A DNA stretch of 64,000 nucleotides from an uncultured delta proteobacterium (GCA_963774015.1 CAVZDH010000011.1:96573-160572), one strand, 5' to 3'. Shown: positions 38,159 to 50,264, numbered from the stretch's first letter. Translations and numbers: made by a program. The notes: a model not told the origin generated them from the letters alone.

Positions 38159-39511
38159 TCAAGCGGTGTAGGCCGTCTCGCTGTGCTGCGACAAGTCGAG
38201 GCCGAGGCTCTCGTCGTCCGCCATCGGACGAAGCGGCGTGATCGCGTTCACGATCACGAGAATGACGAGGTTGCCGACGCCGCAGAAGACGTAGGTCGCG
38301 GCGACCGCCAGCACCTGCTTCAGCACCATCTCCGGGTGGCCGTAGAGCAGACCGCCGTCGAGGCCGAGGCTGAGCGTCGGCACCGCCGCGTTGACCGCCT
38401 TCGTCGCGAACACCCCGGTCAAGATCGCGCCGAGGGTCCCGCCGACCATGTGGACGCCGACCACGTCGAGCGCGTCGTCGTAGCCGAAGCGCGCCTTCAG
38501 GCTGACGGCGAAGGAGCAGACCACGCCGCCTGCGATCCCGAACACGATCGACGCCATCGGCGTCACGAAGCCCGCGGCCGGGGTGATGCAGACGAGCCCC
38601 GCGACGGCACCGGACGCGGCCCCGAGAATCGTCGCTTTCCCGGATCGCAGCCACTCCGTGCCCATCCAGCCGAGCGCGGCCGCCGCAGCGGCCGTGTTCG
38701 TGTTGATGAACGCGATCGCCGCGAGCTCGCCCGAGGACAGGGCGCTCCCGGCGTTGAAACCGAACCAGCCGACCCAGAGAAGCGCCGCGCCCATGACCGT
38801 GAGCACCAGATTGTGCGGGGGCATCGGCTGATGCGGATAGCCCATACGCCTGCCGAGATAGAGCGCCGTCACGAGCGCCGAGATGCCGCTCGAGACGTGG
38901 ACGACGGTCCCGCCGGCAAAGTCGAGGGCACCGATCTGCGTGCCGATCCAGCCGCCGCCCCAGACCCAGTGCGCGATCGGGCTGTAGATGAAGGTCGACC
39001 AGAGCAGCATGTAGAGCGCGAAGGCCGGAAAGCTCATGCGCTCCGCGAAGGTGCCCGAGATGAGGGCCGGAGTGATGATGGCGAAGGTCGCCTGGTAGAT
39101 GACGAAGAGGACGTGGGGGATCGTCGGGGCGAGCGGCTGCGTCGTGCCGAGCACGCCGCTCAGGCCGACGTAATCGAGACCGCCGATAACACCGCCTCGG
39201 GTCGGGCCGAAGGCGAGCGAGTAGCCGTAGACCACCCACGTGACGCTCACCAGGGCCGCGCAAAAGAAGCTGTGCATTATGGTCGACAGGACGTTCTTCG
39301 AGCGCACGAGTCCGCCGTAGAAGAGAAAGAGCCCCGGGATCGTCATCATCAGGACGAGCGCCGTGCTGGTGAGCATCCAGGCGGTATCGCCCGTGTCCAA
39401 TTTCGGCTCGGCGCCGGCCGCCGCCAGGGCGACGCCCGCGCCGGACGACGTCAGCATCGCGAGCGCCGCGCAGGCGACGCGCCCTACCAGCTTCTGCGTC
39501 CCGCGATTCAT
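38159..39511 (-). CDS. amtB: ammonium transporter (Amt family), copy 1, intact
   Basis: DFAGGTVVHVSSG, WFGFNAGS and DDALDVVGVHMVGG. ATG at 39511 with a GAGGAG SD. Confidence 0.93.
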   Translation of the reverse strand: MNRGTQKLVGRVACAALAMLTSSGAGVALAAAGAEPKLDTGDTAWMLTSTALVLMMTIPGLFLFYGGLVRSKNVLSTIMHSFFCAALVSVTWVVYGYSLAFGPTRGGVIGGLDYVGLSGVLGTTQPLAPTIPHVLFVIYQATFAIITPALISGTFAERMSFPAFALYMLLWSTFIYSPIAHWVWGGGWIGTQIGALDFAGGTVVHVSSGISALVTALYLGRRMGYPHQPMPPHNLVLTVMGAALLWVGWFGFNAGSALSSGELAAIAFINTNTAAAAAALGWMGTEWLRSGKATILGAASGAVAGLVCITPAAGFVTPMASIVFGIAGGVVCSFAVSLKARFGYDDALDVVGVHMVGGTLGAILTGVFATKAVNAAVPTLSLGLDGGLLYGHPEMVLKQVLAVAATYVFCGVGNLVILVIVNAITPLRPMADDESLGLDLSQHSETAYTA

Positions 39512-39590
39512 CGAACGATTCTCCTCGGGCGTCGATCTCCACGCCCGTCGTAGTGTGCTGCGATTTGCGGAAGTCACTCGGGATATAGAC

Positions 39591-39623
39591 GCGGGCTCGT
39601 CGCGATCGGAGCGACGAGCCCGC
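39591..39623 (-). other. 13-bp perfect GC-rich stem-loop between PII copy 1 and Amt copy 1
   Basis: GCGGGCTCGTCGC-GATCGGA-GCGACGAGCCCGC, with no U-tract on the transcribed strand. Confidence 0.7.
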
Positions 39624-39645
39624 TGTTTCCGGATGGTGGGATGTT

Positions 39646-41382
<1,737 letters not shown>

Positions 41383-41433
41383 GAGGTCACCTCCGCTTTC
41401 GTTCCAATGAGTGATCTGGACGCGACAGCGCAG

Positions 41434-41450
41434 AGCAACCACCATGCCGG
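41434..41450 (-). promoter_or_regulatory. sigma-54 promoter CCGGCAT-GGTGG-TTGCT upstream of Amt copy 2
   Basis: GG-N10-GC spacing matches TGGCAC-N5-TTGC. About 50 nt upstream of ATG 41382 and near-identical to the 43747 element. Confidence 0.7.
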
Positions 41451-41540
41451 TAGCGAGCGGGGAATCGGGCCCATCCTTGGGTGGATAGGGTCTCCGCCTG
41501 AGATGGAGGCCGCGGCGGAGTGCCGCTCGCCGTCGGAACG

Positions 41541-41579
41541 AAAAAGGGCCGCCCCCGATCTCGCGATCGAAGGCGGCCC
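41541..41579 (-). terminator. Rho-independent terminator after Amt copy 3
   Basis: GGGCCGCC...GGCGGCCC stem with inner CGATC/GATCG pairing, followed on the minus strand by TTTTT (plus-strand AAAAA 41541-41545). About 25 nt after the stop at 41603. Confidence 0.7.
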
Positions 41580-41602
41580 CGTCCGGTGAAGGAGGTAGCG
41601 GC

Positions 41603-43309
41603 TTAGTGCCGTTCGGCGTGGAGCTGGAAGTCGGGGTAGCCCATCGTTCCCATCTCGGGACCGTCGAGACCCTCGATCTCGACCTCCTCGGGGACGCGGA
41701 TCGGCGTGATCATGTCGCTCACCTTGAACCACACGTACGCCATCACGAATGCGAAGGCCGCCAGCACCACGCAGTCGATCGCCTGCATGATGAACTGCGA
41801 GAAGTCACCGTAGAGCAGGCCGCGCACGCCGTCGGACCCGTAGGCCTGCACCATCGAGTCGCGCACCACGCCGTTCCAGCCCGCCCCGTACTCACCGGTC
41901 GCGAAGATGCCGAGCGAGAGCACACCCCACAAGCCATTGATCCCGTGGACCGAGATCGCGCCCACAGGGATCGTCGACGCCCATGTTCTCGAAGAAGAAC
42001 ACGCTGTAGACGACCAGCACGCCGGCGATGAGGCCGATGATCGCGGCCCCGACCGGGTTCGACGAAGGCGCACGGCGCGGTGATCGCGACCAGTCCCGCG
42101 AGCATGCCGTTGCACATCATCGTGGGATCCGGCTTGAGGCCCTTCATCTTGAGCGCCAAGGCGGAGCCGAGCGCGCCGGTGATGCTCGCGAGCATGGTGT
42201 TCACGACCACGAAGCTGATGCGGAGGTCGGTGCCGGAGAGCGTCGAGCCGGGATTGAACCCGAACCAGCCGAAGGCGAGGATGAACGTCCCGAGCACCAC
42301 CATCGGGACGTTGTGGCCCGGCATGGCCTGCGGCTTGCCCTTGGAATCGAACTTGCCGATGCGTGGGCCGATCACCATCGCCCCCGCGAGCCCGATGATG
42401 CCGCCCATCCCGTGCACGACGCCGGAGCCGGCGAAGTCGACCGCGCCGTGCCCCAGGCCCCAGTTGAGCCCGCCCTGCGCGAGCCAGCCCCCGCCCCACA
42501 CCCAGTTGGCGTAGATGCAGTAGGGCAGCGCGACCCAGAGACCGTAGAGGCAGAAGTTCTTCCACGCCCAGCGCTCGGCCATGGCGCCGGTCGGGATCGT
42601 CGCGGTCGTGTCCATGAACACCATCATGAAGAAGAAGAGCGCCATGACGCCGGTGTCGTTGACCGAGCTGCCGAGGAAGAAGCCCTTCATGCCCATGAGG
42701 CCGTAGGTGAACGCGCCGGTCGCATTGCCGGCGGAGTCGACGGCTGCGCCGAGCCCGATCCCGCTATTGAGCACGGAGAGGCCGGGCCCGAGCGAGGGAT
42801 ACCAGCCCGGCGCCACCGGTCCGTTCCACCAATTGCCCCACCCGATCGCGAACCCGTAGACCCAGAAGGCGAGACAGCCCAGCGGGTAGATCATGAAGTT
42901 CATGGCGGACGTGTGCGCCGAGTTCTTCGCGCGGCAGAGACCGGTCTCGACGAACATGAACCCGGCTTGCATGAACATGACGAGGAAGCCGGTGACGAGC
43001 GTCCACACGTAGTTGATCGAGTAGCAGATTGTGGGCGATGCGGTCGTAGAGATCGGTGATGGCGAGCTTGGTCGGGACGTCGCCCTGGGCATCACCCGCG
43101 GGCGCCGCCCACACGCCGGAAGCTCCACCGGTCGGATCCGGCCACGACGGTTTCGCCGGGTCGTTGGTGGCCGTGAAATAGGCCGGTAGCGTCGGTGCAT
43201 CGTCGGCGTGCGCGCTCTCGATCATGCCCATGATCGCACCCGACAACACCGCCACGCCGAGCATCCCTAGCCCCCATCGCCAGATCTTTTTCTTCGTGCT
43301 CTCGATCAT
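41603..43309 (-). pseudogene. amtB: ammonium transporter, copy 3 (signal peptide plus about 60-aa N-terminal extension), with three +1 insertions (as assembled)
   Basis: ATG at 43309 with a GGGAG SD. The protein is recovered by joining frames at about 43030 (AHNL / SINYVWTLVTGFLVMFMQAGF), about 42053 (APCAFVEP / VGAAIIGLIAGVLVVYSVFFFENMGVDDP) and about 41966 ( / VGAISVHGINGLWG). The tail is [17 protein letters not shown]. Confidence 0.85.
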
Positions 43310-43364
43310 CGTCTCTCCCTGGTCGCGCTTCCCGCGCATGGTTTGGTGTGCTGGTGTGGCTCTC

Positions 43365-43826
<462 letters not shown>

Positions 43827-44013
43827 TCAGGAACTTACGAGCGAGGTCAGCGCGGATTAGCGAAACGGTGGGTCATGATCCGTCGTCCTGATGGAAGACT
43901 GCCTCGAATCGCTGCTTGGAAATTGGACCGCGGCTGCCCATCAGGCAGGCAGATGGGTTCCATCGGAGGGATGAGCGGCCCGATCGGCGAGCATCGGACC
44001 ACCTTTGGAATGG

Positions 44014-44796
44014 TCAACGAGCCGGGGGAGGTCCCGGCGGGGTGACTTCCTTGAGTCCCGGCGGGACCTGGAGATCGGCGGCGGGCATCTTCTCGTTGGT
44101 GATGCTCTCGATGACGAAACGATCCGTGACGATGCCGTCCCGGACTTCCTTCCGCTCGAGCGGCAGGCCTTCGAAGCCGCGCTCGGCGGCGCGGCCCCCG
44201 GTCGGGCCGGGCTCGCCTGCCATTTTCTGCGACAGGTCGAGAAATCCCTCGAAGACGGCCACGTCGGCGGGGGCAATGTCGAGCGTATCGGCCTCCGCGG
44301 CACAGACCTCGACGTTGCGGCCGTCCGCGCTCGCCGTGTAGCGGTCGCAAGGCCAGGCTCCCACCTTGTCGGAGCCGCTCTTGGCGAAATGGAGGGGCTT
44401 CCGTCCGCCCGGCGGCGGCAGGCCGCCGCCCTGCTCCTTCATCATCTTCTCCACCATTGCGCGTTTGTCGGGCGGGAGATCCTTCAGCTTCGCCTCCATC
44501 ATGCGCTGCGCCTCCGCGAGCTGTGCCGCGACTTGTTTCGCACGTGCCTCGTCCATCGCGAACGACGTCTTCTTCTCGGTGTCGACGATGTACGCCGTGC
44601 GCTTGGCATGGTCGTAGTAGATGAACTGCCCGGGCTGACTCGTGATCTTGCCGCGGCCGTCCTGGATGCGGAACTCGACCGTCCGGCCCCCAGGGGTCTT
44701 CGTGCCGGTATAGGTACCGACGATCACCACGCCCGCGGACGCGGCGCCGGCGCTCGCGAGCAGGACGAGCGTTTGGAACGAGAGATGTCGCAACAT
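44014..44796 (-). CDS. secreted protein, DUF4412-like
   Basis: ATG at 44796 and signal peptide MLRHLSFQTLVLLASAGAASA; 260 aa. The family call is tentative. Confidence 0.6.
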   Translation of the reverse strand: MLRHLSFQTLVLLASAGAASAGVVIVGTYTGTKTPGGRTVEFRIQDGRGKITSQPGQFIYYDHAKRTAYIVDTEKKTSFAMDEARAKQVAAQLAEAQRMMEAKLKDLPPDKRAMVEKMMKEQGGGLPPPGGRKPLHFAKSGSDKVGAWPCDRYTASADGRNVEVCAAEADTLDIAPADVAVFEGFLDLSQKMAGEPGPTGGRAAERGFEGLPLERKEVRDGIVTDRFVIESITNEKMPAADLQVPPGLKEVTPPGPPPAR

Positions 44797-44878
44797 GCTT
44801 GGAGCCCTCCGCTTTGGAACCGTTGGCGCGGCAGAGTCGCAACCCGCGTCGCCGATGACAAGAGGGGGGCCGCTGGAC

Positions 44879-46084
44879 CTACGCGGTCTGCGACTCGCGG
44901 CCATCGGCGGTCGCGAGCACGGCGGCGACCCCGGCAACGTCCCGCGCCGGCGCGAGCCACAGGAAAAGCATCCCGACGCCGACGCAGGCCGCGGCGGCCG
45001 TGAAGGCGACGGAATAGCCGAAGCGCTCGATCACGCCCCCGAACACGAACGCGCTGACGGCGACGCCGATGCTGAACGACCCGGAGAAGAGCGTCTGGAC
45101 GCGCCCGAGGTTGCCGGCATGGGAGAGGTCGACCATCAGCGCATTGGCGGTCGGGTAGACCATGCCTTGCCCCGCCCCGAACGCGATCCCGACCGCGACC
45201 AGCGCCGGGATGCTCCGGACCGAGCCGAGGGTCGCGATCGCGCCCGCGAGCACCGCCATCGCGGGGAAGAGCACGGGCCGGCGACCGACGCGATCCGAGA
45301 TGCCGCCGAGCGCGAAGCGGACGCCGATCGCGGCGAACGAGTACGAGAGGAAGAACGGCGCGACCCGATCGAGGCCGGACTCGCGAACGAAGGTCGGCAC
45401 GAACGTGAGGACCGTTCCGAATCCCATCCCGCACGCGATCATCGTCGCCGCGGCGAGCCACAGGACCGGCTCGCGGCGGACCGATCGGCGCCCCGTCGGC
45501 GCGGCAGGCGTGTGCGCCGCCATACCCGGCGCACGCACCATGGAGCTCAGCACGGCCGACCCGAGCCCGAGCGTGCCGGCGAACGCGAAGAGCGCGGAGA
45601 AGCCGAACCGGCGCGCGATCACCTCGCCGAGCGCCGGCGCGATGGCATGCGTGAGGAGCGTGGAGATGCCGAAGAGGCCGAGGGCGCGTCCCCGACTCGC
45701 GAGCGGCGCGAGCTCGGCCGCGAGCGTCGAGGCCGTCACGAAGGCGGAGGTGAACGCCACGCCCTGGATCATGCGCAAGAGATAAACGAGAGGACTCCCG
45801 CCGGGCACGAGCAGGTACAGGTACGACGCACCCGCCATGATCAGACCACCCGCGATCACGAAGCGGCGGCGGTCGACCCGATCGAGGAGGACACCGAGGA
45901 ACGGGAGCACGACGATCCCGGCGAAGCCGGCGGTGCCCATGACGTATCCGATGGTCTCGGCGCTCGCGCCGAGGTCGTGCAGATACACGGGCAGGAGGAA
46001 GAACGAGGCGAAGTTCAGGAAGAAGACGAAGTTCGCCGCGGTCACGAGGTAGAAGTCGCGTGGCAGGCGCTCGTGTGACGGCAT
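44879..46084 (-). CDS. MFS transporter
   Basis: 401 aa with 12 TM-like segments. The loop motif LGVLLDRVDRRRF is typical of MFS loop 2-3. Confidence 0.88.
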   Translation of the reverse strand: MPSHERLPRDFYLVTAANFVFFLNFASFFLLPVYLHDLGASAETIGYVMGTAGFAGIVVLPFLGVLLDRVDRRRFVIAGGLIMAGASYLYLLVPGGSPLVYLLRMIQGVAFTSAFVTASTLAAELAPLASRGRALGLFGISTLLTHAIAPALGEVIARRFGFSALFAFAGTLGLGSAVLSSMVRAPGMAAHTPAAPTGRRSVRREPVLWLAAATMIACGMGFGTVLTFVPTFVRESGLDRVAPFFLSYSFAAIGVRFALGGISDRVGRRPVLFPAMAVLAGAIATLGSVRSIPALVAVGIAFGAGQGMVYPTANALMVDLSHAGNLGRVQTLFSGSFSIGVAVSAFVFGGVIERFGYSVAFTAAAACVGVGMLFLWLAPARDVAGVAAVLATADGRESQTA

Positions 46085-46208
46085 CGGGTTCGGCTGCTGG
46101 CTCGACCGCGGAGCGGCCGCGCATCGTTAGACCGCAAGCCCGGAGCCCACGCAACGCGTCCATCGTCGATCGCGCCGAAAGTCGGCTCACGCGGCCTGCT
46201 GCGACTGC

Positions 46209-46338
46209 GCGCGCTCGAGGTGGGGGCGACCGACGTGTCCGTCTCGGCCGTGAGCGCGCGACAGACCCGCAACCGAGACAATATGGACCACGCGCGGCAA
46301 GGCCGGAGGACCGGAGGTCGCCCCCACCTCGTGCGCGC
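46209..46338. repeat. about 130-nt element closed by a 23-position inverted repeat (16 perfect + 6 perfect bp, one mismatch) with internal sub-stems
   Basis: CGAGGTGGGGGCGACC (46216-46231) pairs with GGTCGCCCCCACCTCG (46316-46331). GCGCGC 46209-14 pairs with 46333-38. Inner pairs are GTCTCGG/CCGAGAC and CGTGTCC/GGACCACG. Confidence 0.75.
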
Positions 46339-46411
46339 ACCATACGCGGGCTCTGCGAGCCGGCCCCCACCGCCGATTGCTGCGTGGGCATGCGCGCGGC
46401 ATAAGCGCGGG

Positions 46412-47176
46412 ATGCCACGACGAGCGGTCGCGACGGCGAAGACCATGTCGACGATGGACGCCGGTCCGACGCCGCGTCCGACCGGCGCGAAGAGGCCGCC
46501 GGCGCGGCGGCGGCGCGCGCTGCAGCGCGACGAGATCGGGGCGGTCATGGACGTGCTCAGGCGCGAAGCGCCGAGTTGGGGAGCGCCCGCGGTGACGTTG
46601 ATCGCCGAGACGACGGGCGATCCGTTCCGCGTGCTCGTCTCGACCATCCTGAGCCTCCGGACACAGGACGAGACGACGGCCGTCGCGTCGCGCCGGCTCT
46701 TCGCGCGCGCCCACGAACCCGCGACGATGCGGAAGCTCTCCGCGGCGACGATCGCGAAGCTCATCTATCCGGTGGGATTCTACCGTACCAAGGCGCGCGC
46801 CATTCGTGACGTCTGCCGTGCGCTGCTCGAGCGCTTCGACGGCCGCGTGCCGAACGATCTCGACGCGCTCCTCACGCTGAACGGCGTCGGCCGCAAGACC
46901 GCGAACCTCGTCCTCACGCTCGGCTTTCGCTCCCAAGGCATCTGCGTCGACACGCACGTCCACCGCATCACCAACCGCTGGGGCTACGTCCGCACGAAGG
47001 CACCGAACGATACCGAGCTGGCGCTGCGCAAGATCCTCCCGCCCGCGCACTGGATCGAGATCAACGACCTCTTGGTCGCGTTCGGCCAACGGCTCTGCCG
47101 ACCGATCTCCCCGCATTGCTCGCGTTGCCCGATCGTCGAGTATTGCCCGCGCCGCGGCGTCACGAGCAGTCGATGA
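46412..47176 (+). CDS. nth: endonuclease III (DNA glycosylase/AP lyase)
   Basis: HhH-GPD LNGVGRKTANLV and Fe-S cluster CRPISPHCSRCPIVEYC. The start could also be ATG 46445. Confidence 0.9.
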   Translation: MPRRAVATAKTMSTMDAGPTPRPTGAKRPPARRRRALQRDEIGAVMDVLRREAPSWGAPAVTLIAETTGDPFRVLVSTILSLRTQDETTAVASRRLFARAHEPATMRKLSAATIAKLIYPVGFYRTKARAIRDVCRALLERFDGRVPNDLDALLTLNGVGRKTANLVLTLGFRSQGICVDTHVHRITNRWGYVRTKAPNDTELALRKILPPAHWIEINDLLVAFGQRLCRPISPHCSRCPIVEYCPRRGVTSSR

Positions 47177-47197
47177 CGCGGTCGCGATAGAGCCGTC

Positions 47198-47926
47198 ATG
47201 AGTCTCGACCGCATCCGGATCGTGCTCGTCCGTCCGCGCGAGGCGCAAAACGTCGGCGCGGTGGCGCGTGCCATGAAGAACACGGGCCTGACGCGCCTCG
47301 TGCTCGTGGACGCGCCGGCGCTCGACGAGGCGCGAGCGGCGACGCTCGCGGTGCACGCGACCGACGTGCTCGGAGCGCGCGCGCACACGGCGACGCTCGA
47401 CGAAGCGCTCGCGGGCTGCGGCCTCGTGGTCGGGACCAGCGGACGCGCGACGGCCGCCCGCGATGCCGGCACGACGCCGCGGGCCTCGGCGCCGGTCCTG
47501 CTCGCCGCCGCACAGTCGAACGAGGTGGCGCTCGTGTTCGGACCCGAAGACCACGGACTCGCGCTCGAGGAGCTCAAGCACTGCCACCACGTGATCGCGA
47601 TCCCGACCTCGGACGCCTACGGCTCGCTCAATCTCGCGCAGGCGGTGCTGGTCTGCGCCTACGAGCTCTGGATCGCGGCGTCGCCGCCCGCACCCGCCCG
47701 AGTGCTCGCTCCGCACGAGCGTCTCGAGCTCCTCTGGGAAAAGCTCGAAGCCGGACTGTCCGCGGTGAGCTTCCTCCACGGCGACGAGGCACCGAGCATG
47801 ATGCGCCGGCTGCGTGCCATGCTCGGACGCGCGGCGCTCGACGACGACGAGGTGCAGATCCTCCTCGGCGTGGCGCGGCAGATGACGTGGGCGGGGGCGC
47901 TGGCGCGACGCCAAACTCGTAATTGA
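47198..47926 (+). CDS. trmJ: tRNA (cytidine/uridine-2'-O)-methyltransferase, SpoU/TrmH class
   Basis: IRIVLVRPREAQNVGAVARAMKNTGL, LDEALAGCGLVVGTSGR and VALVFGPEDHGL...SLNLAQAV closely parallel E. coli TrmJ. Confidence 0.85.
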   Translation: MSLDRIRIVLVRPREAQNVGAVARAMKNTGLTRLVLVDAPALDEARAATLAVHATDVLGARAHTATLDEALAGCGLVVGTSGRATAARDAGTTPRASAPVLLAAAQSNEVALVFGPEDHGLALEELKHCHHVIAIPTSDAYGSLNLAQAVLVCAYELWIAASPPAPARVLAPHERLELLWEKLEAGLSAVSFLHGDEAPSMMRRLRAMLGRAALDDDEVQILLGVARQMTWAGALARRQTRN

Positions 47927-49245
47927 CCGGCCTCCGGGCCTTCATTATCGTCGACCCGGTCCTGCGACGATCCATGCCGGAACTGACGCCCACCGGTGCC
48001 GTCGACGTGGTCGAACGGCAGGTTCGCCGCGTGCGCCGGCGCAAGAACCTCTACGAGCTGCAGCGCGCCCTCTATCTCGCGATCGTGGCGGCGGGCGGCG
48101 CGTCGATCGTCCTCTTGCCGTTGGCCTTGTTCGCGCGCGCCGAGCTCTTCGGCATCGTGGCCTGGAGCACCCTCGTGGCGCTCGCGATCCTGACCGCCGC
48201 GCTCGCGTACGGCGGCGCCCGCCGACGGCTCTCGCGCGCGCAGGCCGTCGGGTGGATCGAATCGCACGGCGGGTGCGGCGGTCGCGTGCGCACGCTCCTC
48301 GAGCTCGGCCGCGCGCCGACCATCGCGACCGGCTTCTTTCATCCGCTGCTCGTCTCGGAGGTCGCCGCGACGCTCGACGCGTGGAGCCCGCACCGTCTGG
48401 TCCCGCGCCGGGTGCCGCGTGGAGCGCTGGCGAGCGCGCTCGGCGTGCTGGTCGTGCTGGCAGTCGTCGTGCGCCTGGCGTCGCTGGCGACGCCGGCGGC
48501 ACCGACCATCGCGTTCGACGATCGGCGCGACGGCGGCGGTCGCGAGGAATACCCCGCCGACGCGCCGGACATCGGCGACCGCATCATCACGGCACCGAGT
48601 GCCTCCGAGCCCGAGACCGAGCGACGTCCGACCGATCGTGCCCCCGCCGCGGACTCGAGGCTCGCTCGCCTGTCGAGCGCGCTGCAGGACGACGTGCGCG
48701 AGCAGGTGTGGGGCAAGGCGTGGGAGCGCGTGCGCGCCGCGCTCGCGCGCGCGGGCGCGAACGGCCCGGACGATCGCGACGAGGACGTCGCGCACGGAGA
48801 AGACGGCACGGACGACCGCGAGCTCGCCAAGGCACACGAGCCGTCCGCCCGGGGACCGAAGCCGGCCGGGGCTCACGACGACGGCGACGAGAGCGACGAC
48901 GACCCCTCGAAGCAGGCGCGCCGAGCGCAGGCCGACGCCGACGAGCGCGACGGTGGCGGCACGAGCGGAGCGGGCAACGGCACCTCTCCCGCCGATCTCT
49001 TCGGCGGATCGAGCGTCGACACCGCCCGCACCAATGCCTCCTTCGAGCTCTCGCTCGCGGCCCGCATGCGGAGCGACCAGGCCGGGCGGCGCCAACCCGG
49101 CGGTACGGCCCCCGACGCGGATACGGACGCGCGCCCGACGCTCGCCGCCGACCAACGACGCGAGACGGCGGCCCACCGCATGACCGTTCCCGCTGCATAC
49201 GAACAGGTGGTGCGCGAGGTGTTCGCCCACCGCGAGGAGCCATGA
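47923..49245 (+). CDS. membrane protein with a long acidic low-complexity C-terminal region; first gene of the MoxR operon
   Basis: TTG at 47923 overlaps the trmJ TGA (TTGA); alternative ATG at 47974. Has TM helices and then a D/E/R/A-rich region. The stop shares ATGA with the MoxR start. Confidence 0.6.
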   Translation: MTGLRAFIIVDPVLRRSMPELTPTGAVDVVERQVRRVRRRKNLYELQRALYLAIVAAGGASIVLLPLALFARAELFGIVAWSTLVALAILTAALAYGGARRRLSRAQAVGWIESHGGCGGRVRTLLELGRAPTIATGFFHPLLVSEVAATLDAWSPHRLVPRRVPRGALASALGVLVVLAVVVRLASLATPAAPTIAFDDRRDGGGREEYPADAPDIGDRIITAPSASEPETERRPTDRAPAADSRLARLSSALQDDVREQVWGKAWERVRAALARAGANGPDDRDEDVAHGEDGTDDRELAKAHEPSARGPKPAGAHDDGDESDDDPSKQARRAQADADERDGGGTSGAGNGTSPADLFGGSSVDTARTNASFELSLAARMRSDQAGRRQPGGTAPDADTDARPTLAADQRRETAAHRMTVPAAYEQVVREVFAHREEP

Positions 49246-50264
49246 CGCCTGCCATCGCCACCGCCGCCATCGAGGACTTCCAGCAGACCTTCGCCGCGAT
49301 CCGCGCCGAGATCGCGCGCGTCGTGATCGGCCACGAAGACGCGATCGAGACCATCCTGACCGCGTTCTTCGCGGGCGGCCACGTCCTCATCGAAGGCGTG
49401 CCGGGCATCGGCAAGACCTTGATCGTGCGCTCGCTCGCGGAAGCGTTGAATCTGAGCTTCAACCGCATCCAGTTCACGGTCGACCTGATGCCCGCCGACA
49501 TCACCGGCACACGCATCATCACCGAGCACCCCGACGGACGGCGCGAGCTCGCGTTCGTCGCCGGGCCGATCTTCGCCCACCTGCTGCTCGGCGACGAGAT
49601 CAACCGCGCGACGCCGAAGACGCAGTCGGCGTTGCTCGAGGCGATGGCCGAGCAACAGGTCACCGTCGCGGGCTCGAGCTATCGCCTGGCGGCGCCCTTT
49701 TTCGTGCTCGCCACCTTGAATCCGATCGAGATGGAGGGCACCTATCAGCTGCCGGAGGCGCAGCTGGATCGCTTCCTCTTCAAGGTGCTGCTCGAGTATC
49801 CGAGCGAGGGCGAGCTCGTCCGCATCTTGGCCGCGACGACCGTTGCCGATCCGCCCACCATCCGGCCCGTGCTGGCCTCCGAGCACGCCGCGGCGCGCTC
49901 CGAAGAGCTGAAGCGGCTCGTCCGCGAGGTCCTGGTGGCACCGCACGTCGAGCAATACGTCGCCGGGCTCGTGCGAATGACGACGCCCGCGGGCGCGCGC
50001 GGCGACGGCGAGGCCGAGAGCCACGTCCGACGCTACGTCACGTACGGCGCGAGCCCACGCGGCGCCCAGGCACTGGTGCTCGGCGCCAAGGTGATGGCGC
50101 TCCTCGACGGTCGCCCGCACGTCACCTACGACGACGTCGACAAAGTCGCGGTCGCGGCCCTCCGCCACCGCCTGGTCATGAGCTTCGCCGCCGAAGCCGC
50201 CGGAGTGGCTCCCGCCGAGATCGTCGCGCGCGTGCTGCAGGCGGCGCGCCGGCTCCGCACGTGA
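49242..50264 (+). CDS. MoxR family AAA+ ATPase
   Basis: Walker A GVPGIGKT, Walker B LLGDEINRA, and TLNPIEMEGTYQLPEAQLDRF. Confidence 0.93.
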   Translation: MTPAIATAAIEDFQQTFAAIRAEIARVVIGHEDAIETILTAFFAGGHVLIEGVPGIGKTLIVRSLAEALNLSFNRIQFTVDLMPADITGTRIITEHPDGRRELAFVAGPIFAHLLLGDEINRATPKTQSALLEAMAEQQVTVAGSSYRLAAPFFVLATLNPIEMEGTYQLPEAQLDRFLFKVLLEYPSEGELVRILAATTVADPPTIRPVLASEHAAARSEELKRLVREVLVAPHVEQYVAGLVRMTTPAGARGDGEAESHVRRYVTYGASPRGAQALVLGAKVMALLDGRPHVTYDDVDKVAVAALRHRLVMSFAAEAAGVAPAEIVARVLQAARRLRT

